The position numbers and the translations under genes were made by a program. The notes under the pieces are model-generated. The model did no database searches. It saw only the letters and a program-made list of their open reading frames with translations, and was not told where the DNA came from. DNA of 62,862 nucleotides, filler included, from Klebsormidium nitens (taxonomy: Eukaryota > Plantae > Klebsormidiophyceae), in NCBI GenBank assembly GCA_000708835.1. It is 7 parts of 7 records of this genome, joined end to end, with 100 filler letters (N's around TTAATTAATTAA, not from the genome) between each part and the next. Parts side by side here need not be neighbours in the genome. Positions count along the whole stretch, not along the records: positions 52,634 to 60,206 come from DF237022.1; positions 60,307 to 62,862 come from DF238727.1; 5 more parts are not named here. One strand, 5' to 3'. Below, one piece after another: positions 54,288-62,862 of the stretch; positions within the stretch are counted from its first letter, which is position 1, and each line of letters opens with the position of its first letter.

Positions 54288-55340
54288 ATGGCAGCTTCGG
54301 ATGCAACCACAAAGGTTATAAGAACCTCGACGTCAGCCGAACGACTGCTTCACAATATCTTTGATGACTCGACACGAAAGCCGTACACGGTCGAGCAATA
54401 TTGTGCACGGGTGATGCGCCTCTTCAAGAGCATGCATGCTCCAAAGGAGGATTTCGAGAATCTCGATTGGGTCAGATCTACGAATGAGATCATTGCGTTT
54501 CTTGGCAATGCTTATGGCAACAAACTACCAACTCAAGCAACGAGCATAAGCCCTCTCCTCGTCATAGCTCGGAAACTATGGCCCAGTGATCAACGGACCT
54601 ACGAGGCACTTTTAAAGAGATACACTGCCGTTAGAAAGGCCATGGAAGATGCTCGGCCCGCCCAACATATGTCAGAGCGAGAGGCAAAGAACTGGAAGTC
54701 GTTGGACGATATCAATCAACGCCGCGTCGAACTTCAACGGAAGATCAATCGATCCATCGCGCCCAAAAAGCCGGAAGAGGTCACGGTTGCGGATAAAGTA
54801 ACGCTTTGTCGCTACCTCGTGCTATGTTTATACACCCAGATGCCTGCGATCCGTAACGACTGGAGCAATCTTCCCATTGTGCGCTTTGAAGAGATTGGGA
54901 GCACCGCCGCACGTGAGCTGATGTCCGGATCCCGCAACTACCTTCTGGAATATGCAAAAGGAAGCTATAGGCTCCATCTCAAGTCGTACAAAACCGACAA
55001 GACACACGGACCACATGTTCTTGACATACCGGTCCGGCTTGGCAACGTGATTGCGGAGAGTCTCGCTATCTTCCCGCGAAAGTACCTGCTCAGCCGAATG
55101 AGGACACCAGATGCTCCGATGGGATCAGGATACTTGACGAAGTTCTTGGCTGCCATTTATCCAGATTCGAATTTGGGTTCGTGCCTTTTAAGAAAAATCA
55201 CAGTCAGCAATGCTATGAAAGATGCCCCTAGCCTCTATGAAAGGGACCAGCTGGCAAAGTCAATGTTGCATACGGCACCAATAGCGATGCGCCACTATGA
55301 GCTGAAGTACAGACCGGACGGGTCTCGGATTCAATTTTGA
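54288..55340 (+). CDS. Tyrosine recombinase/integrase (350 aa)
   Basis: Catalytic residues appear in order: R (MPAIRND), K (SYKTDKTHG), R of a variant HxxR (GSCLLRK), H (AKSMLHT) and Y (AMRHYE). Intronless. Confidence 0.75.
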   Translation: MAASDATTKVIRTSTSAERLLHNIFDDSTRKPYTVEQYCARVMRLFKSMHAPKEDFENLDWVRSTNEIIAFLGNAYGNKLPTQATSISPLLVIARKLWPSDQRTYEALLKRYTAVRKAMEDARPAQHMSEREAKNWKSLDDINQRRVELQRKINRSIAPKKPEEVTVADKVTLCRYLVLCLYTQMPAIRNDWSNLPIVRFEEIGSTAARELMSGSRNYLLEYAKGSYRLHLKSYKTDKTHGPHVLDIPVRLGNVIAESLAIFPRKYLLSRMRTPDAPMGSGYLTKFLAAIYPDSNLGSCLLRKITVSNAMKDAPSLYERDQLAKSMLHTAPIAMRHYELKYRPDGSRIQF

Positions 55341-55429
55341 GCGGTTTCACTCCGTCCACTTGCCACTTGAAAGCTCGTTTAGGACACTTCGATACCTGCT
55401 GTGAACAAACTCATTGGAACGGTTGGTTT

Positions 55430-55735
55430 TCAGGAATCATCCAGCATGTTCAAAGAGGCCGTTTGAGGCATGTCAAAGCCAGCATCGATCAGTCGTTGAG
55501 TTGTAGTCTTATGAAGCTTCTTTGTTCGACCACTCACGTACCTCTGATACGCCTTGCGTATCAAAATTGCTTCGTGATGTCGATAATAATATGCCCTCAT
55601 GTTAGCATTGTGCTGCTCCGAATGAGTTTTTGCGTATTCCCTGTGCTTTTGGCAAGCTTGACACGGGCATGGAGCATGCATATCAGAGGTCCTGTCAGAG
55701 GCATTTGAAAATCTCTCGTGCATTTGATGGACCAT
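55430..55735 (-). CDS. Small basic hypothetical protein, divergent from the primase
   Basis: ATG at 55735 (alternative 55681) gives CPCQAC...NMRAYYYRHHEAILIRKAYQRYVSGRTKKLH. It fits between the YR and primase genes without overlap. Confidence 0.5.
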   Translation of the reverse strand: MVHQMHERFSNASDRTSDMHAPCPCQACQKHREYAKTHSEQHNANMRAYYYRHHEAILIRKAYQRYVSGRTKKLHKTTTQRLIDAGFDMPQTASLNMLDDS

Positions 55736-55844
55736 CTCGAAGTCCTGCTGATATGTGAGATTATTTTTTGCTGTGCCTTGACCGCGGTCCGGATTTGAAG
55801 TGCGTTTGATTGACGCACTTTTTCTTCTTGCGTTACACAAGAAC

Positions 55845-58607
55845 ATGTCTGCACCAGACATGGAACAAAACAGCGCCCCAGAACCTCGGGCCACAAGAGA
55901 CTCCAGAGCCCTAGGGCCGAAAGCCATCAGAGATGAGATCCAACGACTGTGTGAGGTCGGCTTATTTGCTATACCGATACGCATGTACTGGGATTCTGGC
56001 AAGGACAAAAAAGATGCCGAGGGGAAGATAGTCAAACCCGCAAAAGCCAAAAAAGCTGCTCAATTTCCAACCTGGGCGCATATCACGACGCGGGAGTCGT
56101 GGGAGACGGCCATCAATGAAATAATGCAAGATTTTCGAGGTGCGAATGGAATTGCGATATTGACAGAGGCTAGCGGCATCATGGGAATTGACATTGATGT
56201 CACCGGCGATAACACAAAGAATCCGGGAACCGAACTTTGGAATCGAGTTGTTGCCATCCATGGAGAACCAGTTACACTGAAAGCAAAGAGTGGATCAGAT
56301 GGACTCCATTACTATTTCAAGGCAAATTCGCCGGGCCTTAAACGCACACGTAACTTTTCTACTATGAAGGTTGATGGAAGGGTTTTTGGGGTGGATGGTC
56401 GTGGCGTAGGAGGGGTGATGTTCGCGCAACCATCAAGCTACGTTAATGGCCAAGGTGAGCTCAAGACGTACCAGTGGCTTAACGGCCCGCCAAGCTACGA
56501 CGCATGCCAAGATATGCCTCAATGGCTCGCCGAATTGGTAAACAACAACGCCGGCGAGTGCGCTGTTGCGAGTGGCAAAGGAGAAGAACATGCACTTCAC
56601 GAATCTTTGGTGGAGCGCAATAGCACTGGCACCAACTCTCTACCGGCAACTTCGGTAGTTGGCGAGTCCCATGAAAGATCAACAGCTGTCAAAGAGGTAC
56701 AAATCCTGCTTCAAACAAAAACAAGGGAAGATGGCAGCGCGCGCTTTGGAGGCTTGACAATGCTTCCAGAGGGCAATCGTTGCTTCCAATTTCGTGTGAA
56801 CGGCCCGAGGACTTGCTATCTTGGAAAAGAGCACAATGGATCAAACAACTTCACGGTGATTCAAGGATGTGCAGGAGACCTACGGAATGTATACTACCAC
56901 TGTTTTGGCACGGCTTGTCAAGATGACAACACGAGACTCCTTGGAGAATTGAGCATCTCGGCTGCTCTTGAGCAGGCATCCGTGGACGAGTTTGGGATTC
57001 AAGATCACATGATTACTTGCGAGCGCAATCTCGAAGCACGATTGTCGACGGCGTTCATGAAGAGCATGGTGTGCCGAAGTGACTATGGTGCCGCCTCAAT
57101 CTTTGTCAGGTTGTTCCAGCACGACAGACGAATCGTGTATGACGCGGGAAGCTTCTGGATTTGGGATGGAAGAACGTGGATTGCGTGCGATTCGGAAGCG
57201 ACTCTGATAAAGAGCGCATTCATGTGCCACATGGGGAAAGTGAAAGCCTTTTGGATGAAGCGCATTGCAAATGAAGGTCGTGAGAAGATTCTTGAGGCAG
57301 AACGCACACGAGACGCCAGCTTGGCACAGCTCCTCGGTGCGAAGATGGACAGCCGATCGAAAAGGACCGCCGAGACGGCCATCATGAGAACTTTCAAAGC
57401 TTCAGAGAAGGACGCCGATCAATGCGCAAGATGGCCGGGACCTGACGTTGAATCGGTGCCAATTGCGACCCGATGCTTGACTCCTTTTAAATCTATGTTG
57501 AAGCTTGATGGCTTTGCCAAAGAGCTCAATGCGAGTCGCGACTATCTAAATACCACCTCTGGCGCAATCCATTTACCAACAGGCAAGCTCATACCACATC
57601 ATCCAAGCAACATGCTCTCGAGAGAGACCGACACAGAGTATGTCGGACCCAACTATCCGTCACCGTTAATCGATGAATACATGTTGCAGATTCAAACTCC
57701 GGAAATCATTGAGGTCCTACAAATGACGCTTGGCTACGGCATCACCGGACATTCAAGAGAGAAGCAGTTTGTCATCTGCTATGGGCCTTCGAATTCTAGC
57801 AAGACAAAACTTCTTGCTCTTACAAAGGCAGCAATTCAATCGTATTTCTGCACAATGGATCGCGACTGCGTGATTGGGGTTGGTGTGAGGTCAGAAGGGG
57901 CCGCCACACCACATCTCTTGAAGCTTGAGGGTGCGCACATTGCCGTTTTAGAAGAGACAAAGCTAGAAGATGTCTACAACGGTTCCAACGTCAAGTCCAT
58001 TGCGTCCGGTGAAGGAGGTATGAGCGTACGAGGGCTGCACAAGCAACCCGTAGAGATCACGTGCCGTTGTTTGCCAATCATTTGCACAAATTCGCTTCCG
58101 AGATTTGACGTCAAGGATAGCGGCACACTGAAGAAGCTTCGCGTGTTTCCTTTCAAGCGAGAGTTTGTCGAGCGGCCGAAGCCCAATACAAACGAGCGAT
58201 TGATTGACTATCAGCTTTCTGAGAAGATTGAAAGTCCGGAATGGAGGAAGCAAATGCTTGCGTGGCTTGTGCGAGGGAGCATGGCGTGGTACAAGAAGGG
58301 GAGTTTGCCGCTGGTTGAAGAGCTACCTCAGGACATGCAAGATGCTCTCAAGGGCTACGTGGAAGCCAATGATCATCTCAACAACTTCATTGCCGATCAT
58401 TGTATTAAAGGTGAATATAAGGTGGCCCATGTGGATGTTCTCAAGCAAGCGTTTGAGAATTACATCGGAAGACGAGATCGTCCTATGATGGTAACCGAGT
58501 TCAAAGTGCTAATGGATGGCGTCAAAGACACCACATTTGTAAAACAAATCAAGATTCGCGGGCGTAACACGACCGGATATCGAGGAATTAGTTTGAGGCG
58601 ATGCTAA
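55845..58607 (+). CDS. Bifunctional primase-polymerase (Prim-Pol) fused to D5/P4-family SF3 helicase
   Basis: 920-aa intronless ORF. Prim-Pol motifs are GIAILT...GIDIDV, SGSDGLHYYFK and DGRGVGG..FAQPS. A Cys/His zinc-binding segment (C..HNGSNN..YYHCF..C) follows, then D5_N (FWIWDGRTW, LNTTSGAIHLPTG). SF3 motifs are Walker A YGPSNSSKT, Walker B IAVLEE and motif C IICTN. Confidence 0.9.
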   Translation: MSAPDMEQNSAPEPRATRDSRALGPKAIRDEIQRLCEVGLFAIPIRMYWDSGKDKKDAEGKIVKPAKAKKAAQFPTWAHITTRESWETAINEIMQDFRGANGIAILTEASGIMGIDIDVTGDNTKNPGTELWNRVVAIHGEPVTLKAKSGSDGLHYYFKANSPGLKRTRNFSTMKVDGRVFGVDGRGVGGVMFAQPSSYVNGQGELKTYQWLNGPPSYDACQDMPQWLAELVNNNAGECAVASGKGEEHALHESLVERNSTGTNSLPATSVVGESHERSTAVKEVQILLQTKTREDGSARFGGLTMLPEGNRCFQFRVNGPRTCYLGKEHNGSNNFTVIQGCAGDLRNVYYHCFGTACQDDNTRLLGELSISAALEQASVDEFGIQDHMITCERNLEARLSTAFMKSMVCRSDYGAASIFVRLFQHDRRIVYDAGSFWIWDGRTWIACDSEATLIKSAFMCHMGKVKAFWMKRIANEGREKILEAERTRDASLAQLLGAKMDSRSKRTAETAIMRTFKASEKDADQCARWPGPDVESVPIATRCLTPFKSMLKLDGFAKELNASRDYLNTTSGAIHLPTGKLIPHHPSNMLSRETDTEYVGPNYPSPLIDEYMLQIQTPEIIEVLQMTLGYGITGHSREKQFVICYGPSNSSKTKLLALTKAAIQSYFCTMDRDCVIGVGVRSEGAATPHLLKLEGAHIAVLEETKLEDVYNGSNVKSIASGEGGMSVRGLHKQPVEITCRCLPIICTNSLPRFDVKDSGTLKKLRVFPFKREFVERPKPNTNERLIDYQLSEKIESPEWRKQMLAWLVRGSMAWYKKGSLPLVEELPQDMQDALKGYVEANDHLNNFIADHCIKGEYKVAHVDVLKQAFENYIGRRDRPMMVTEFKVLMDGVKDTTFVKQIKIRGRNTTGYRGISLRRC

Positions 58608-58681
58608 TCTAGTGGTTCGTTCAAGTTAGCAAAGGCCGCAGAGAAGTCCAAACGTAGCTCCGACGTATTTGAGCAAGTGGT

Positions 58682-58921
58682 GGGGGGGGAGGTAGGTGAG
58701 GTAGGTGGAGGTAGGTGCTTAAAAATTGTTCGTTTTAGGTTTACTTTATGCTTATAATATAATAAAGGTAGGTAGGTATGTATTATAATATACACTATAG
58801 CAAATGTTATTTTTGTGCCATTGAAAGCACAAAAAGTTTGTCTTTGGCCAACAAAAAAGCCGTCTACCACCTACCTACCTACCTCAAAAGCGTTTCTACC
58901 GATCACCTAGCCCCCCCCCCC
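58682..58921. promoter_or_regulatory. Putative replication origin: inverted AGGT/ACCT iteron arms around an AT-rich core
   Basis: G8 followed by AGGTAGGT x3 (58690, 58699, 58709) and AGGTAGGTAGGTA (58766). AT-rich core ~58720-58860. Inverted arm CTACCACCTACCTACCTACCT (58864-58884) then C11 (58911-58921). Starts 75 bp after the helicase stop. Confidence 0.5.
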
Positions 58922-59033
58922 AAATTGCTGATCGTCTACCAGACTTTTCCACGCCATCTACCAGTACGTTGCTTTTCAAAGTAAGGATCAAAAACGCGCC
59001 GCCATCCTGTTGGCTCTTTGCAAGACACCTACC

Positions 59034-60206
59034 CTATCCTTGCAATAATACGGCGCGCATTTCAATTGTCCACAAGGCCGCCGCAACCGCGATGCTAAGC
59101 TTCGCGTCGTCGACTCGTCTCAAAGAGCTATTGTAGCCGCCGAGCAGCAGAGGCAAGATCACCATGAAGCTCTCAAGCCCTGAATACCACCCCAAACTCC
59201 TAAACCCCTTTAGGAAGCTGTTGACTGACTCCACGGCCGACGTATTGACCCAGTGAAGGGCTGCGTAACTCTCCGGGCAATTCGAGGGGCCGCACTTGTG
59301 CACTTCGGATCCAGCCTTCGCGTAGTGGAACCTGTGCATGGAAAGGTGTACATCAGTCTTTATTCGTAGAATAAGAGTTCATGTACACGTTTCGATCCAA
59401 GGATCACAACTCTCAGATCCGGCGCAACTGCAAATGAGTTTCAGTGTACACGCAACATTTAGATCGATGACTAAAGGCTCCACACAACAAAGACTGCAAA
59501 TACGTCCCAATGTACACGAATAGTTCAAGCCCCATTCCAGCATTTGATCGGGCAACTTCTTACCTGTCGACAATAAATCTAACGTTGGCAAAGTGGGCCG
59601 GTGCTCGTCGCAGGCAGTAGTTGCGCAGCGCACATGCGTTGTTGTACACGAGGTACTGGGGCAAATCCTCGCGTTTCATCCGCGTGTAGAGCACGACGAA
59701 CGCGTCCCTGGGGCTCTCCCCGCGCAGCATCGTGTGGAACCCGTATATCACTCTGTGGGGGCAACAAAACACAAAGACCCCCCGACTCCTATTCGGCCGC
59801 TTGCTCGCGTTTCCCTTCTTCCGTGAGAGCTTTCCGGCGCCCTTGATCAGCCCAAGTACGTTATCGGCGTCCCACTCCGTCATTGACTTTCCGGTGGCGC
59901 ATTTGAACTCTTCCGAGCTTCTGCTCCGGCCGTCCAGGTGCTCGAAGCTGCTATAGTGCGGCAAGCCCCGCTTCTGCTCCCAACCAGGAAGGCTGTAGCA
60001 CGCCAGGGCGTCCTGCTCGGCCCGGAAGCGATGCCCTGACGGAAGCGGATGCAGCTCGCCCCCCTCCTCGTCTTGCCCAAGCCTCTCTCTCAGAAGCGAG
60101 CGCTCGTGATCGCTCATGGCCTCCCATTGCTCCGCGCTCGGCTCTAACCTCTCGACCCCTGGGAGCAGCTCGTTCGCCAACCCTCGAGCCTCGTCTAGCC
60201 CTCGGC
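59034..60206 (-). mobile_element. KDZ (Kyakuja-Dileera-Zisupton)-type transposase, 3' part
   Basis: Exons >60206-59564 and 59331-59034 are joined by a phase-2 GT-AG intron. They read GVFVFCCPHRVIYGFHTMLRGESPRDAF...YNNAC...FIVDR|FHY...HKC...VNTSAVESVNSFL, the motif order of KDZ-type transposases. The 5' end is lost in a gap. Confidence 0.7.
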
Positions 60207-60306
60207 NNNNNNNNNNNNNNNNNNNNNNNNNNNNNNNNNNNNNNNNNNNNTTAATTAATTAANNNNNNNNNNNNNNNNNNNNNNNNNNNNNNNNNNNNNN
60301 NNNNNN

Positions 60307-60927
60307 CCATCGTGACGCGATTGTCATTCGCACCTGCACTGGAGCTCTGACTGAGAAACTCGACCAGACCAAAGAGCCAGTCAACTTCGTGCTAAACCCA
60401 GGGACCGCCGATGAACTTACCGTCAGAGCGCACGTGGTGATTGTCAACCAAAACGTGCCTGACACTTTGATTGGCATGAGTGTCATGGGACCAGCTGAGC
60501 TCACGCCTGACATGCGCAAGAAACGCGTCAAATACTACGTCGAGGATGACCAGATTACGCGCAAGTCCTTCTTGCCGTGCAAGTTTCCCATCGACTACGC
60601 CAGGTCGCCACTGCAGGCGTACCAGGCGCTTAACGCTTACACGGGATTCATCGTTCCCGTTGTAAAGAGCCCGCGCAATGCGGAGGATGTCGCAGTGACG
60701 CGCGCGCGCCTTGCTGACCATCAGACGAAGCTGCTCCCTGAGATGACTGAAATCTTCGATCGCAGCATTCGGGCCCTGGCTACACCAGAACGAAAGCCGC
60801 CTGTGATTAGCGACCCAGCTTACCGGCACTTGAAGCCGTTAAACACGTCGTTCGTCGACAAGAAAGACGTGCTGGCCACACCTGGCCCAGGCATGGTGGT
60901 CAGCCAAGAGGTTGCCCACTTCGTGCA
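60307..60927 (+). mobile_element. Retroelement polyprotein fragment (aspartic-protease-like region), DNMT-less copy
   Basis: Open frame containing VIVNQNVPDTLIG, which resembles the C-terminal DxLIG part of retropepsins. It is paralogous to 61250-61683 with mostly synonymous differences, then jumps to VSQEVAHFV, matching 62724 onward. Confidence 0.6.
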
Positions 60928-61249
60928 NNNNNNNNNNNNNNNNNNNNNNNNNNNNNNNNNNNNNNNNNNNNNNNNNNNNNNNNNNNNNNNNNNNNNNNNN
61001 NNNNNNNNNNNNNNNNNNNNNNNNNNNNNNNNNNNNNNNNNNNNNNNNNNNNNNNNNNNNNNNNNNNNNNNNNNNNNNNNNNNNNNNNNNNNNNNNNNNN
61101 NNNNNNNNNNNNNNNNNNNNNNNNNNNNNNNNNNNNNNNNNNNNNNNNNNNNNNNNNNNNNNNNNNNNNNNNNNNNNNNNNNNNNNNNNNNNNNNNNNNN
61201 NNNNNNNNNNNNNNNNNNNNNNNNNNNNNNNNNNNNNNNNNNNNNNNNN

Positions 61250-62675
61250 CACTCTGATCGGTATGAGTGTCATAGGACCGGCCGAGCTCACTCCCGATAT
61301 GCGCAAGAAACGCGTCAAATACTACATCGAGGAGGACCAGACGGTGCGCAAGTGCTTCTTGCCGTGCCAGTTTCCCATCGACTATGCCAGGTCGCCGCTG
61401 CAGGCATACCAGGCACTTAACGCTTACACGGGATTCATCGTACCCGTTGTAAAGAGCCCGCGCAATGCGGAGGACGTCGCAGTGGCGCTTGCGCGCCTTG
61501 CTGACCATCAGACAAAGCTGCTAACTGAGATTACTGAGATCTTTGACCGCAGCATTCGGGCACTGGCTATTCCAGAACGAAAGCCGCCCGTGATCAGCAA
61601 CCCAGCTTACCGGCACTTGAAGCCGTTGAACACGTCATTCGTTGACAAGAAGGACGTGCTGGCCACACCTGGCCCAGGCATCGTAGTCGTTGAGTTGTTT
61701 TCTGGCCTCATGGCCACTACCGAGGCGTTGCTTCGGCAGGGAGTTACCGTCAGAAAGGTGTATGCCTGCGAGATTGACGCCAAGACCCGCAAAATCGCTG
61801 CTAAGCGTCTGGCCGTCTTGCACACCTTATTCCCACAGCTCCTGAGCGCAGACGCTATTAGAGACTGTCATGACCACTTGGGAGACGACGTCAGCAAAAT
61901 CAACAGAGGCCACATGGCCCAGCTGGAACGTCCTGACCTTGTGGTGGCCGGATTCCCGTGTCAGGGATTCTCACGAGCCGCAGAGTACGCCCTAGGCTTG
62001 CGCGATTCGCGAACCAGGCTCTTCGACGATGCCATCCGAATCGTGCACCTCATCAACAACATTTGGGGCGGCTCTGTGGGCTACCTGTTTGAAAACGTTG
62101 ACGCCAGCGATCACCCGCAGGCAGACGTACGGGCAGAGTTTAACACCGTGGTGAAGGGAGTGCTCGGACACGGCTTCGCATTTGATGCCGTGGCCGTTGG
62201 CTCTTACGCGCATCGCCAGCGCCATTGGTGGACCAACCTGGCCCCAAGCGCCCTCATGTGCGAAATGGTTGAGAAGAAGTTCAAGCACCGCAAGCCGGAT
62301 CAGATTGTCCAGAACATTCTGCAACACGGCCACCGGGCTCAGAACGCTCAGCACGCCCGCGCACCTGGAAAGGTCTCGGTCAACGTGCGCGGCCAGCCGC
62401 TTCGCGCTCTGTCCACGTTTGTCACGGTGCGCGGCTCTCACGCCTATCACCCTGGACAGCAGAGCATGATCCAGCAAGCCAACGGATTCTGGGATGAGCC
62501 TACGGCTCTGGAGCGCGAGCGCGCTCTGGGATTCATGGACGATACCACAAAGGTTTGCCCCTCTATTTCAGAGGCTGACCGCAGAAGAATCCTGGGAAGC
62601 ACCATGGACATGCACGCCCTGCAGTTCATCATTGGCAGCATCCAGTGCTTCCAGTTCGCCTTTTTCACCGATTGA
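61250..62675 (+). CDS. Retrotransposon-encoded DNMT3-like C5 cytosine methyltransferase fused behind a protease-like region
   Basis: Motif I VELFSG, II ACEID, IV VAGFPCQ, VI LFENV, VIII RQRHWWTN and C-terminal ERERALGF...LG.TM. Intronless, with the 5' end in a gap. The frame stays open after the single TGA to the window end. Confidence 0.88.
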
Positions 62676-62681
62676 CAATTA
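62673..62681 (+). promoter_or_regulatory. Stop-codon readthrough signal TGA-CAA-TTA
   Basis: The stop is followed exactly by CAR-YYA (CAA TTA), and the same frame continues for ~62 codons (QLARRNAP...PGMVTSQEVAQFVQ...) to the window end. Confidence 0.7.
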
Positions 62682-62862
62682 GCCCGGCGCAACGCTCCAG
62701 TCCAGGAGAGTTGTGACCGGATACCTGGCATGGTGACCAGCCAAGAGGTTGCCCAGTTCGTGCAGAGCGGACTTCTGCGCTGCCGCACCCTTCGCTCCCA
62801 GCCACAGGACCCCAGCACCGTGTTGGGACAGCCACCTGAGCTGGGGGGGGGGGGAAGTCAGG

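Larger units (their letters stand above)
52634..58921 (+). mobile_element. Putative integrating, self-replicating virus-/satellite-like element (YR integrase + primase-helicase + HIRAN)
   Basis: Compact intronless ORFs with short spacers, contrasting with the intron-rich host genes. Bounded by repeat structures on both sides. Exact ends and att sites are not determinable because of the gap on the left. Confidence 0.65.

Overview
Eukaryotic, intron-rich nuclear DNA from a green plant lineage. It is most consistent with a streptophyte alga such as Klebsormidium (inference from plant-type gene architectures and a DNMT-carrying retroelement). The draft assembly has N-gaps with an artificial TTAATTAATTAA spacer and probable homopolymer frameshift errors. 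Host genes with traceable GT-AG exon chains are: a UBL-WLM(HExxH)-PUB metalloprotease (11429-15241,+); a secreted Cys-rich/Thr-Pro-repeat protein (17782-20865,-); an SF1/BBP-like KH-zinc knuckle splicing factor (22602-26701,-); a UFD1-domain/zinc-finger protein (28276-32331,+); a low-complexity ORF (32891-34747,+); a Pro/Thr-rich, ALE2-like ectodomain single-pass protein with no visible kinase (39073-45014,+); and an LRR ectodomain spliced in frame to an XK-scramblase-like multi-pass domain (46566-50012,-). The left end holds decayed TE sequence, including a Copia-type gag relic. The right 11 kb is a mobile-element cluster with four parts. (1) A hAT-type MITE with an 8-bp TSD. (2) An intronless ~6.3 kb virus/satellite-like module: HIRAN pseudogene, tyrosine recombinase, small ORF, PrimPol-D5/SF3 primase-helicase, and an ori-like iteron/AT-rich structure directly downstream. 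(3) A KDZ-type transposase. (4) Two diverged retroelement copies: one carries a DNMT3-like cytosine methyltransferase ending in a TGA-CAA-TTA readthrough signal, and the other lacks exactly that 1050-bp cassette, in frame.
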